From assembly GCF_046714715.1 (NCBI RefSeq), contig NZ_JBKKAD010000168.1:38152-102151 (forward strand): a stretch of 64,000 bases of DNA, given 5' to 3'. The translations under genes were made by a program, and so were the position numbers. The stretch comes from Conyzicola sp. (lineage in GTDB: Bacteria > Actinomycetota > Actinomycetes > Actinomycetales > Microbacteriaceae). Below the pieces are notes generated by a model. It was not told the origin of the DNA. It saw only the letters and a list, made by a program, of their open reading frames with translations, and made no database searches. Positions 51,916-61,297 of the stretch are shown here, piece after piece. Each line of letters opens with the position of its first letter. The first letter of the stretch is position 1.

Positions 51916-53337
51916 CTATACCCGCCGCCCCACGGTGTGCAGCAGGCGCGTGGGCCCGAACGACACGTTCTGTTCCACGGTGAGGGTGACCTCGTCGTCG
52001 CGGAAGTCGAGAACCAGGGTCACCGAGAACGGCGTGGTCGTGAGGAAAACGGTGACGAGGTAGGAGTCGTCGTCGGCCCACGCGCCGGCCGCGGCCGCGG
52101 GTGCCGGCGCATCCGCGAGCAGCGTCGACTCGCCGGGCGCCCACCGTTCGCTGCCGCACACGATCTCGTCGGTGCCGCGCTCGGCGACGACGGTGAGCCG
52201 TGCCTCGTCGCCGTCGAAGGTGAGCGCCACCGACTCGAGACCGAGAGAATTCTTAGGCAGCGCGTACTGCACGCCGGAGACCCGCTGCGCGGTGAGGGAG
52301 CGCGTCGAGCCGTCGGGCAGGGCGAGCGACAGTGTGCCGAGCCTGTCGGCGAGCGTCGCGACCCCGGTCGCATCCGGAGCCTTCTCGACGCCGCCGAGAA
52401 CCGGCAGGAGGTGGTCCCACACAGTGTTCAGGGCGCGCGGGTCGTCGAGGCCGCTGGTGATCACGAGCAGCGCATCCTGCTCGGGCATCGCGATGGACCA
52501 CTGGCCGAACGCGCCGTCGGCCCGGTAGGTGTTGTGACGGCTGCGCCAGAACTGGAAGCCGTATCCCTGCGTGTTGTCGTCTGCGGCGCCGGGGTCGCCG
52601 TTCTCCACCTGGAGTGTCGTCGCGGCCCGCACCCACTCGGCGGGCACGACCTGCCGCCCCTCGAATACGCCGTCGCGCAGGTAGGTCTCGCCGAACGCGG
52701 CGATGTGCTCGGTGGTGATGCTGAGACCCCAACCGCCCACATCGATGCCGCGCGGGCACTGCTCCCACGTGGCGCCCGCGATGCCGAGCGGCTCGAACAG
52801 GCGCGGGGTCAGGTAGTCGAGCACCCGCTCGCCCGTGGCCCGCTGCAGAATGTCCGACAACAGGTAGGTGGCGCCCGTGTTGTAGACGAACGTCGTGCCG
52901 GGGGCGTGCTCGACGGGCAGGGCGAGGATCGCCCGCGACCAGTTCTGTTCGGGCCCGGAAGTCGCGTCAACCGTGTCGACGGAGTGACCCGAGGTCATCG
53001 TCAGCAGGTGGCGCACGCGCATGGCGGCGAGGTTGTCGCCGACGACCTCGGGAAGGTCGTCGGGCAGCAGGTCGACCACGCGGTCGTCGATAGACAGCAG
53101 GCCCTCGTCGACCGCGAAGCCGACCGCGGTGGAGACGAAGCTCTTACTGATCGAGAAGAGCGAGTGGGGCAGGTCGGCGCGGTAGGGCGCCCACCACCCC
53201 TCGGCGATCACGTGCCCGTGCCGCACGAGCATCATGCTGTGCACCTCGTGCAGGTTGCGCTCCAGGGCATCGACGAACCGGACGATGGCCGCGGACGACA
53301 CGCCCTGCGCCTCGGGCGTGCTGCGGGGTAGGGTCAC
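51916..53337 (-). CDS. serine hydrolase (class C beta-lactamase/esterase family)
   Basis: GTG at 53337 overlapping the upstream stop (GTGA); S-x-x-K (SISK) and YNT motifs; the N-terminal 340 aa of the 813-aa ORF are rejected. Confidence 0.85.
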   Translation of the reverse strand: MTLPRSTPEAQGVSSAAIVRFVDALERNLHEVHSMMLVRHGHVIAEGWWAPYRADLPHSLFSISKSFVSTAVGFAVDEGLLSIDDRVVDLLPDDLPEVVGDNLAAMRVRHLLTMTSGHSVDTVDATSGPEQNWSRAILALPVEHAPGTTFVYNTGATYLLSDILQRATGERVLDYLTPRLFEPLGIAGATWEQCPRGIDVGGWGLSITTEHIAAFGETYLRDGVFEGRQVVPAEWVRAATTLQVENGDPGAADDNTQGYGFQFWRSRHNTYRADGAFGQWSIAMPEQDALLVITSGLDDPRALNTVWDHLLPVLGGVEKAPDATGVATLADRLGTLSLALPDGSTRSLTAQRVSGVQYALPKNSLGLESVALTFDGDEARLTVVAERGTDEIVCGSERWAPGESTLLADAPAPAAAAGAWADDDSYLVTVFLTTTPFSVTLVLDFRDDEVTLTVEQNVSFGPTRLLHTVGRRV

Positions 53338-54611
53338 GCGTCCACCGACTCCCGCACCCTGGCCGGCCAGCGGCCGAGCAGCAGAACGGCGGCGCCGAGG
53401 CAGGCGGAGCCGAGGATCGCGAGCGGCAAGTCGAGGAACCACTGCATCACGCAGAACGCCGGGATGAACGTGAGCGCGGCGGCGATGCCCACGATGTAGC
53501 CGGGCGGGGTGTCGCCGACCTCGCGCGGGGCCTCCCAGCGGGCGACAAGGAACGACAGGCCGAACAGCGCGACGGCCACGATCACGAAGAACACCGGGCG
53601 GGTGAGCCACCACGCCTCGCTGCCGGGCGGCGGGCTGGCCCCGGGGATGAGCAGCGCGACGCCGCTGAGCGCGATGATGAGGGGAAGGTGCCACAGGTAG
53701 ATCGTCATGAGCCGGGTGCCGATCACGAACACGACGGCTCTCGCGACGTGCGTGTTCATGAGGGCGGCGAGCGCCGGTCGGATCAGCCGCAGCACGCAGG
53801 CCTGCGCGAGCGCGAGCGCCACGAGCGGCAGGGTCGGCGGGTTGAGGTTGGTGAGCATGTCGTCGCTGTAGGGGCCGATCATCGTGAACGGGAACAGCGT
53901 GGCGTAGGCGCCCACCGCGATGAGTGCGAGCTGCCAGCCGGAGCGGGCCGCGAACCAGCCGTCGGCGTACCAGAATCCGATCTGCTGAACCAGCAGCCAG
54001 ACGAAGAACAGGTTGACGAGACCGATCTCGGTGATGCCCGTCGCGAAGCGCAGGGTGTCGACGAGGATTGCTCCCAGCAATAGCACTGCGAGCGTCGCCC
54101 GCGGGGCCCTCGCGTGCCATCCGGCCATCAACGGAACGAACGCCTGGCACAGCGCATAGGCGGCGAGGAACCAGAGCGGCAGTCCGGCGCCGACGATCAC
54201 GACGTCGAGCAGCTGCGGGTCGACGCCCGCCAGCCGCGCGCCGCCGATCACCACGACATAGAAGAGGAAGAGCGGCAGTGCGGGCTGGGCGAGGCGCAGC
54301 ACCCGGTTGCGCACGTACTGGGCCGCTCCACCGCCGCGACGGTTCAGGCTGCGCCACGCGGTGAGGCTCGCGAAGCCGCCGACCACGAAGAACAGGGGCA
54401 TGATCTGGCCGGCCCAGGTGGCATAGGCGAACCAGGGCTGCTCTTCGAGTGGACGGCTGACGACGAGCGCGCCCGCTTCGTCGAACCCGACGCCGATCAT
54501 CAACAGGTGGATGATCACGACGAGTACGACGCAGAACACCCGAGCGATGTCGAGCGTGAGGTCGCGCTTCGAGAGATCGATCGAGGATGCGGCCGAGCTG
54601 GCGCCGCTCAC
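53334..54611 (-). CDS. acyltransferase family 3 membrane protein
   Basis: 425 aa; LDIARVFCVVLVVIIH motif; about 10 TM helices. Confidence 0.85.
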   Translation of the reverse strand: MSGASSAASSIDLSKRDLTLDIARVFCVVLVVIIHLLMIGVGFDEAGALVVSRPLEEQPWFAYATWAGQIMPLFFVVGGFASLTAWRSLNRRGGGAAQYVRNRVLRLAQPALPLFLFYVVVIGGARLAGVDPQLLDVVIVGAGLPLWFLAAYALCQAFVPLMAGWHARAPRATLAVLLLGAILVDTLRFATGITEIGLVNLFFVWLLVQQIGFWYADGWFAARSGWQLALIAVGAYATLFPFTMIGPYSDDMLTNLNPPTLPLVALALAQACVLRLIRPALAALMNTHVARAVVFVIGTRLMTIYLWHLPLIIALSGVALLIPGASPPPGSEAWWLTRPVFFVIVAVALFGLSFLVARWEAPREVGDTPPGYIVGIAAALTFIPAFCVMQWFLDLPLAILGSACLGAAVLLLGRWPARVRESVDA

Positions 54612-54727
54612 GCGTCAGTGCCCGTTCGAGTCGATCGGGCGGGCTGGTCTGCGGCGGCCATCATGCTCACACTCTAGGGGTGCCGCGCGGTGGCGTGCGT
54701 TGCGGCCGAGCGGGCGGGCGCGCCGAG

Positions 54728-54776
54728 TTGCGCCATGTGGGGCGCTTCGGCCGCGGAACTGCCCCAAACGGCGCAA
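54728..54776. repeat. 49-nt hairpin repeat, orphan copy
   Basis: ttgcgccatgtggggc-17 nt-gccccaaacggcgcaa; arms identical to the copy at 55765-55813, loop differs at 4 positions. Confidence 0.8.
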
Positions 54777-54836
54777 ACCACGGCGCCCTGTGGATGATTC
54801 GCTTGGGGACCCGCTTCAGAAAGTGAGAATAGCCGG

Positions 54837-55794
54837 ATGCCGCAGCGCTCCGACCTTCCCGAACCCCTCGGCCGGGAGCCTTTCGCCGTGCGCGACGCCA
54901 TCGCCCGCGGCGTGACGCGCGACCGGCTGCGGTCGAGCGACCTGCAGCGGGTATTCCACGGAACGCGATCGGTAGGCCTCGACCTGACCTTGCTCGTCGA
55001 CCGCTGCCGCGCGTACCTGCCACGGATGGCCGAGGGCAACGCGTTCAGCCACCTGACCGCCGCCGAGTTGTACGCCTTTCCGCTGCCGCTCGGCGCGCTC
55101 GAGCCCGTGAACCTGCACGTGACGACGCCCGCTCCCGCAAGGGCGCCGGCCGGCCATGGGGTCACCGGTCATCGCGCACGCCTGCTGCCCGCCGAGGTCG
55201 TCGACTTCGTGGGTCTGCCGCTGGTTTCGCCGGCGGTCGCCTGGTGCCAGCTCGCCGAGAAGCTCAGTGTCGACGACGCGGTGGCCGTCGCAGACTGGAT
55301 CGTGACGGGCAACCCGTACCTGAACCTGCTGCCGCTCGCGACCCTCGACGACCTGACGTCCGCCGCCGAACTGCGGCGGGGCGGGGCACCGCACGCGGGC
55401 GTCTGCGCTTCCGCTTGTGCGCGAGGGGCCGCTGTCTCGGCCGGAGTCGTTGCTGCGGCTCCTGCTGGTGCGCGCCGGGTTACCCGAACCGCTGCTCAAC
55501 GTGCGATGCGTCACGACCGACGGTGTCGACCTCGGCATGCCCGATCTGGCCTGGCCCGAGTACCGCACCGTCGGGCAGTACGAGGGCGAGCACCATCGCA
55601 GCGTGCAACAGCAGCGCAGTGACATCCGGCGCGACGAGAAGTACTTCGATCACGACTGGAAGGTGGTGAAAGTGAGTGCGGACGACCTTTCCCGCCAGCC
55701 GGTCGAACTCGCGGACCGGTTCGCGCGCCGACTGGCCTCGCAGGGATGGCAGGGCGCCATCGATTTGCGCCATGTGGGGCACTTCGACCGCTGA
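54837..55794 (+). pseudogene. DUF559/endonuclease-domain protein gene, disrupted by frameshift(s) near 55385-55420
   Basis: N-terminal part in frame 0 (ORF 54837-55622) and conserved C-terminal part (SRPESLLRLLLVRAGLPEP..DLAWPEYRTVGQYEGEHH..) in another frame (ORF 55417-55794). Confidence 0.6.
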
Positions 55795-55813
55795 GCTGCC
55801 CCAAACGGCGCAA
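55765..55813. repeat. 49-nt hairpin repeat at the 3' end of the DUF559 gene
   Basis: Same arms as 54728-54776; the gene's stop codon lies in the loop. Confidence 0.8.
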
Positions 55814-55843
55814 ACCGTGGCAGCCGGGCTAGAACGTGCGCGG

Positions 55844-57460
55844 CTACTCGGGCTTCCGCCGCTGCATCGCGAGCGCCGTCTCCTCGGAGTCGATGCTGCG
55901 CAGCACGTCGCGCACGGCCCGTTCCTGGTAGCGGCCCTCGGCGCGCGCCCGCAGCACCGCCTCGCGCTCGGCCTCGATCATCGAGCGGCGCAGCCGGCCG
56001 TAGGCGGCGAACGACGGCTCGGACTCGTCGGGCACCGCGCGCGCCATCGCCTGCGAGAGGAATTCCGCGTTGACCCGCAGCCGCGCGACCGCGGCGGGGT
56101 CGTCGTCGGGCGTCGTCTCGGCCTCGAGCCGGGCGAGGCCCGCGCTCTGCGCTTCCGCGAGCAGATTGTGTTTTTCGACGCGTTCCTGGGTCGCATCCGG
56201 TGGCGGCAGCTTCAATGAACGGATGATCCGGGGCAGCAGTAACCCCTCGACGAGTGTGCCGACCACGACCGCGAACGCGAGAAACTGCAGCAGCTCGCGC
56301 TCCGGGGTCTCCTCGGGCAGCAGGAACACGGCGGCCAGCGTCACTACGCCGCGGATGCCGGCGGATGACACGGCGGTCGCGGTCGGCCAGCTCCACGCCC
56401 GGCTGCGTGTGTACCGGGGGCCGACCATGTAGAACAGCGTGGTCGCGAACACGAACGCGAAGCGGGAGACGACGAGTATGGCCAGCACGAGTACCGACAG
56501 CAGGGCGATGTGCCAGAAGCCGTAGTCCGAGCCGGCGACACCGGCGAGGATGCCGGCCAGGCTGAGGCCGATGAACAGGAACACGGCGTTCTCGAGCAGG
56601 AAGCGGATCGTTCGCCAGTTGATCGACTCGGCGATGCGGGCCTCGGCGCTCTGCACGAGCGGTGCGCGCTGGCCGAGGAACAGCCCGGCGACGACCACGG
56701 CGAGCACTCCCGAACCGCCGAGCAGCTGGGCCGGGATGAACGCGATGTACGGGATCGCCAGCGACAGGCTGGTGTCGAGCACGGGCGCGCGCAGGCGTTT
56801 GCGGATCGCGGAGATCACGAAGCCGACGGCCAGCCCCACGCCTATGCCGCCGACGAGTGCCATGCCGAACTCGCCGACGACGTCCCACGGGTTGAGCACG
56901 GTCACGATCGCCGCGATGGACGCGTTCAGGGCGACCAGTGCGGTCGCGTCGTTGAGCAGGCTCTCGCTCTCGAGCACCGTGACGACGCGGCGGGGGAGCC
57001 GCAGCCGGCCGGCGATCGCGGTGACGGCGACCGCGTCGGTGGGGGCGACGACCGCCCCGAACGCGAAGGCTGCGGCGAGCCCGACGGTGGGCAGCAGCCA
57101 CCAGAGCGAGAAGCCGACAGCCGCGACGGTGAAGGCCACGAGCCCGACCGAGAGCACGAAGATGCTGTCGCGCCTGGCGAGGATGTCTTTCAGCGGCGTG
57201 CGGATGGCCGCGGCGAACAGCAGCGGGGGCAGGATGCCGTACAACACGAGGTCGGGTTCGACCGTCAACTGGGGAACGCCGGGAATGAACGAGACGAGCC
57301 CTCCCACGGCGACGAGCGCCACGGGAGCCGACCAGCCGACCCGGCCGGAGAGGCCGGTCACGGCAACTGTCACGAGCACAAACGAGACGATCCAGATGAT
57401 CGTGGTGACGATGTCGATTTCGATGGCGCTGTCCCTTCGGCGATCCGCTGCGCTCATCAT
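55844..57460 (-). CDS. Na+/H+ antiporter (CPA1 family)
   Basis: About 538 aa; 11-12 TM helices followed by a roughly 130-aa cytoplasmic tail; ..ESLLNDATALV.. motif; start at Met 17 or 18 of the ORF is likely. Confidence 0.85.
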   Translation of the reverse strand: MMSAADRRRDSAIEIDIVTTIIWIVSFVLVTVAVTGLSGRVGWSAPVALVAVGGLVSFIPGVPQLTVEPDLVLYGILPPLLFAAAIRTPLKDILARRDSIFVLSVGLVAFTVAAVGFSLWWLLPTVGLAAAFAFGAVVAPTDAVAVTAIAGRLRLPRRVVTVLESESLLNDATALVALNASIAAIVTVLNPWDVVGEFGMALVGGIGVGLAVGFVISAIRKRLRAPVLDTSLSLAIPYIAFIPAQLLGGSGVLAVVVAGLFLGQRAPLVQSAEARIAESINWRTIRFLLENAVFLFIGLSLAGILAGVAGSDYGFWHIALLSVLVLAILVVSRFAFVFATTLFYMVGPRYTRSRAWSWPTATAVSSAGIRGVVTLAAVFLLPEETPERELLQFLAFAVVVGTLVEGLLLPRIIRSLKLPPPDATQERVEKHNLLAEAQSAGLARLEAETTPDDDPAAVARLRVNAEFLSQAMARAVPDESEPSFAAYGRLRRSMIEAEREAVLRARAEGRYQERAVRDVLRSIDSEETALAMQRRKPE

Positions 57461-57576
57461 GCCACCCGGCGGTCGCGGATGTGACGCGCCATCGGCGTCG
57501 CTTCGCAAGGCCTCGGTGAGCGAAGGGCCCCGTCGTATCGTTGACCTTTCTTGTTCGACGTTGAGCGGAGGATCCT

Positions 57577-59010
57577 GTGACCGAGACGACCCCGAAGACC
57601 AATCTCAAGGTGATAGCGCTGGCCGTCGCGGGAGCCGTAGGCGGCTTCCTCTTCGGCTTCGACTCGTCTGTGGTCAACGGCGCCGTCGACGCGGTGCAGG
57701 GTCAGTTCGACCTGTCGTCGTCGCTCACCGGCTTCGCCGTGGCGAGCGCCCTGCTGGGTTGCGCGGTGGGAGCCTACGGTGCAGGCCGTATCGCCGACCG
57801 CTGGGGACGCATCCCGGCGATGCTCGTGGGGGCCGTGCTGTTCTTCGCGAGCGCGCTGGGCACCGGGTTCGCGTTCGGCGTGTGGGACCTCGTGTTCTGG
57901 CGTCTCATCGGCGGTCTCGGCATCGGCATCGCCTCGGTCATCGCGCCGGCCTACATCGCCGAGATCTCGCCCCGGCACATGCGTGGCCGGTTGGCGTCTC
58001 TGCAGCAGCTCGCCATCACGATCGGTATTTTCGCCGCCCTGCTCTCCGACGCGCTGTTCGCCAACGGCGCCGGGGGAGCGGCCGAGCCGTTCTGGTTCGG
58101 TCTCGAGGCCTGGCGGTGGATGTTCCTCGCCGGCGCGCTGCCCGCGGTGGTCTACGGCCTGATCGCTCTGAAGCTGCCCGAGTCACCGCGCTTCCTCGTG
58201 CTCAAGGGCCGCGACGACGACGTGCGCGGCATCTTCGCCCGTCTCTGGCCCGGCGACGACGTGGAACGCGCGATCCGCGACATGCGCGACGCGATCGAGG
58301 CCGACCAGCAGGGCTCCAAGAAGGGGGCGCTCAGCGGCGACAGGTTCGGCCTGAAGCCGATCGTCTGGGTCGGCATCATCCTCTCGATCTTCCAACAGTT
58401 CGTCGGCATCAACGTGATCTTCTACTACTCGACGACCCTCTGGAAGTCGGTGGGGTTCGAAGAGAGCGACTCGTTCACGATCTCGGTGATCACGTCGGTG
58501 ACGAACATCGCCGTCACGTTCGTGGCGATCGCGCTCGTCGACCGTGTGGGTCGCCGCCCCATCCTGCTGTTCGGATCGGCGGGAATGGCGCTGTCCCTCG
58601 CGACTATGTCCGTCGCGTTCAGTCAGGCCGTGCAGGTCGACGGCGAGCCGAGCCTGCCCGGCGCATGGGGCCCGATCGCGCTCGTCGCCGCCAACGTGTT
58701 CGTCGTCAGTTTCGGCGCCTCGTGGGGTCCCGTCGTCTGGGTGCTGCTCGGCGAGATCTTCCCCACCCGCATCCGCGCCAGGGCGCTGGGGGTCGCGGCC
58801 GCCGCCCAGTGGATCGCCAACTTCGCCATCACCGTGTCGTTCCCGCCGCTCGCCGCCTTCTCGCTCGTCTTCACCTACGGCATGTACGCGGCGTTCGCCC
58901 TGCTCTCCTTCTTCTTCGTGCTGCGGGTGATCCCCGAAACCAACGGCATGTCGCTCGAGGAGGCCAACACCCTGCTTCCGCCGAAGGGAAGTGCGAAGAA
59001 ACGCGCCTAG
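57577..59010 (+). CDS. sugar porter family MFS transporter
   Basis: 477 aa; GFLFGFDSSV, GRIADRWGRI, PESPRFL, VDRVGRRP, PETNG signatures. Confidence 0.9.
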   Translation: MTETTPKTNLKVIALAVAGAVGGFLFGFDSSVVNGAVDAVQGQFDLSSSLTGFAVASALLGCAVGAYGAGRIADRWGRIPAMLVGAVLFFASALGTGFAFGVWDLVFWRLIGGLGIGIASVIAPAYIAEISPRHMRGRLASLQQLAITIGIFAALLSDALFANGAGGAAEPFWFGLEAWRWMFLAGALPAVVYGLIALKLPESPRFLVLKGRDDDVRGIFARLWPGDDVERAIRDMRDAIEADQQGSKKGALSGDRFGLKPIVWVGIILSIFQQFVGINVIFYYSTTLWKSVGFEESDSFTISVITSVTNIAVTFVAIALVDRVGRRPILLFGSAGMALSLATMSVAFSQAVQVDGEPSLPGAWGPIALVAANVFVVSFGASWGPVVWVLLGEIFPTRIRARALGVAAAAQWIANFAITVSFPPLAAFSLVFTYGMYAAFALLSFFFVLRVIPETNGMSLEEANTLLPPKGSAKKRA

Positions 59011-59022
59011 TAGTGTCGGGCT

Positions 59023-59847
59023 ATGCGAGTACGCGCGGTGTCGGCCCTGCTCGTGTTCGCCGCGCTCGCGGGGCTGGCCGGCTGCGCCACTGTCACCCCC
59101 ACGGTCACCTCGGAGGGCGCCGCGGAAGACCGGGCGCGCCGCACCGTGCTCGACCTCGTGCAGAGCCTCACCACCACGCGCCCGAACATCGATGACTTCG
59201 CGCGGGCGATCAACGAACAGTTCTCCGAACGGCTCGCGATCACCATCGTCGCCGTCGAGGAGTACCCGGACGCCGTGCACGGTGACCCGTTCGGCCGGCT
59301 CACATTTCTCGTGCCCGACCAGCCGATCGAGGGCGGGTTCGGCGGTACCGCCGAGGTTCACGGGCCGTTCTGTTTCGCGGTCGAGTTCTCCTACTTCGGC
59401 TACGAGGGCGACCGGCAGTTAGGCGACGGCGTAGACGCGGTCGACTGTCCGCCCAACCCGGTGCCGGCCGTCATCCCCGAAGACACCACGGTGCGCGCCG
59501 TGCTCGCACCCAACGCGGCGGACGCGGCACGCCAGGTGCTCGCCGCGCTCGGCACCGGCCCCGTGTCATCCGAAGCACTTGATGCGCAGCAGATCTCCGC
59601 CGCGATCGCCGCGCTGCTCGTCGATCCCGAGGGCGACTACACGACCGCGGCGCAACCCGACGTCGTGGTGCGCGACTCGGCCGTCGGGGTCGCGATGGGC
59701 GATGGGGACGACTGCGTGCTGGTGTCCTGGGTGGCTGGCACGGTCGCCGACGTCTATGCGCCCGCCGTGCTGCTGCAGTCCGGCGAACTCGGCTGCCAGG
59801 CCGGCACCGCCATCGCCGACCCGGATTCTCTGCGCTCACCGCACTAG
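59023..59847 (+). CDS. hypothetical lipoprotein
   Basis: 274 aa; signal peptide plus lipobox LAGC. Confidence 0.55.
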   Translation: MRVRAVSALLVFAALAGLAGCATVTPTVTSEGAAEDRARRTVLDLVQSLTTTRPNIDDFARAINEQFSERLAITIVAVEEYPDAVHGDPFGRLTFLVPDQPIEGGFGGTAEVHGPFCFAVEFSYFGYEGDRQLGDGVDAVDCPPNPVPAVIPEDTTVRAVLAPNAADAARQVLAALGTGPVSSEALDAQQISAAIAALLVDPEGDYTTAAQPDVVVRDSAVGVAMGDGDDCVLVSWVAGTVADVYAPAVLLQSGELGCQAGTAIADPDSLRSPH

Positions 59848-59867
59848 TGGGTCTAGGGTCGTGAACC

Positions 59868-61238
59868 ATGACCGAACGCATCGACACGCTCATCATCCTC
59901 GGCGCCGGCGGCGACCTCGCCTCGCGCCTGCTCCTGCCCGGCCTGGCCTCGCTGCTCGCCTCCCCGCGGGGCGAGGCTGTGCAGCTGATCGGGGTCGACA
60001 GGGACGAAGTGACGGATGCCGCGTGGCAGTCGACGGTGTCCGCCGCGTTCGCGACGGAGGCGTCCGATCTCGGCAGCGCTGTGGCTGCGAAGTCGTTCTA
60101 CCTCCGGGGCGACGCGACCGACCCGGACGATCTGCGACGCGCGTTCGACGCCGCCACCGGGCGAATCGCCCTCTACTTCGCCTTGCCGCCCGCCGTCACG
60201 ATCCTGGTCGTGAAGGCGCTGTCGTCGATCGACCTGCCGAAGGGCATCGTCTTCGCGCTCGAGAAGCCGTTCGGCACCGACCTGGCTTCTGCTCGGGCGT
60301 TGAACCGGAGGCTCGAGAAGCTGGTGCCCGAGGAGCAGATCTTCCGGGTCGACCACTTCCTCGGCAAGTCGACGGTGCTCAACCTGCTGGGACTGCGGTT
60401 CGCGAACCGCATCTTCGAGCCGCTCATGTCGGCGCCGAATGTTGAGAAGGTCGAGATCGTCTTCGACGAGAAGCTCGCCCTGGAGGGCCGCGCCGGGTAC
60501 TACGACAGGGCGGGCGCGCTGGCCGACATGATCCAGAGCCACCTGCTGCTCGTGCTCGCGCTCACCGCGATGGAGCCGCCCGCGAGCGTGGATGCCGACG
60601 ACCTGCGCGGCGGCATGGCGCAGGTGCTGCGCGCCACCCGACCGTGGAAGAAGGACGGCTCGTCCAGTCGCCGCGCGCACTACACGGCGGGCACGGTCGA
60701 CGGCCGCGAACTGCCGGCCTACACCGACGAAGACGGAGTCGACGCGGCCCGCGAGACCGAGACGCTCACCGAGGTCACCCTCGCGATAGACAACTGGCGG
60801 TGGGCCGGGGTGCCGTTCGTGCTGCGTTCCGGGAAGGCCATCGGCGAGGCGAAGCAGCAGATCGTGGTGACGCTGCGCGCCGTGCCGCACCTGCCGGTGG
60901 GCCTGCACGGCCCCTCCGGACCCGCACAGTTGCGCATCGCCATGAAGCCCGCCGCGCTCGAACTCGACCTCATGGTCAACGGCGAAGACGACCCGTTCGA
61001 GCTCGAGCGGGTCGTTCTCGACAGCCCGCTGCGCGCCGGCGAACTCAGCGCCTACGGCGAGGTGCTCTCGGGGCTGCTCGAGGGTGACCCGTCGCTCGCC
61101 GTGCGCGGCGACATCGCGGAGCAATGCTGGCGCATCGTTGCGCCCGTGCTCGCCGCGTGGAAGCGGGGCGACGTGTCACTCGAGGGATATGCGGCGGGTT
61201 CGGGCGGACCAACCGCGTGGAACCGACCTCGGGGGTAG
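59868..61238 (+). CDS. zwf: glucose-6-phosphate dehydrogenase family protein (short paralog)
   Basis: 456 aa; ILGAGGDLASR (NADP site), EKPFG, RVDHFLGKS (active-site motif RIDHYLGKE-like), IQSHLL. Confidence 0.8.
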   Translation: MTERIDTLIILGAGGDLASRLLLPGLASLLASPRGEAVQLIGVDRDEVTDAAWQSTVSAAFATEASDLGSAVAAKSFYLRGDATDPDDLRRAFDAATGRIALYFALPPAVTILVVKALSSIDLPKGIVFALEKPFGTDLASARALNRRLEKLVPEEQIFRVDHFLGKSTVLNLLGLRFANRIFEPLMSAPNVEKVEIVFDEKLALEGRAGYYDRAGALADMIQSHLLLVLALTAMEPPASVDADDLRGGMAQVLRATRPWKKDGSSSRRAHYTAGTVDGRELPAYTDEDGVDAARETETLTEVTLAIDNWRWAGVPFVLRSGKAIGEAKQQIVVTLRAVPHLPVGLHGPSGPAQLRIAMKPAALELDLMVNGEDDPFELERVVLDSPLRAGELSAYGEVLSGLLEGDPSLAVRGDIAEQCWRIVAPVLAAWKRGDVSLEGYAAGSGGPTAWNRPRG

Positions 61239-61297
61239 AGTCGTACGGGTCGTTCCAGCGTGGTGATGATGACTCACCACACGAAAGAAGAACGACG

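Noticed and set aside
51916-54357. 813-aa ORF treated as one protein
   Set aside because: The N-terminal 340 aa are an out-of-frame read-through of the acyltransferase gene. The internal GTG at 53337, overlapping that gene's stop, gives a normal-length serine hydrolase.
55650-59195. 675-aa (minus) and 881-aa (plus) ORFs spanning the antiporter and sugar-porter genes
   Set aside because: Arg-rich shadow frames. The membrane-protein frames (55844-57460 minus, 57577-59010 plus) have clear transporter signatures.
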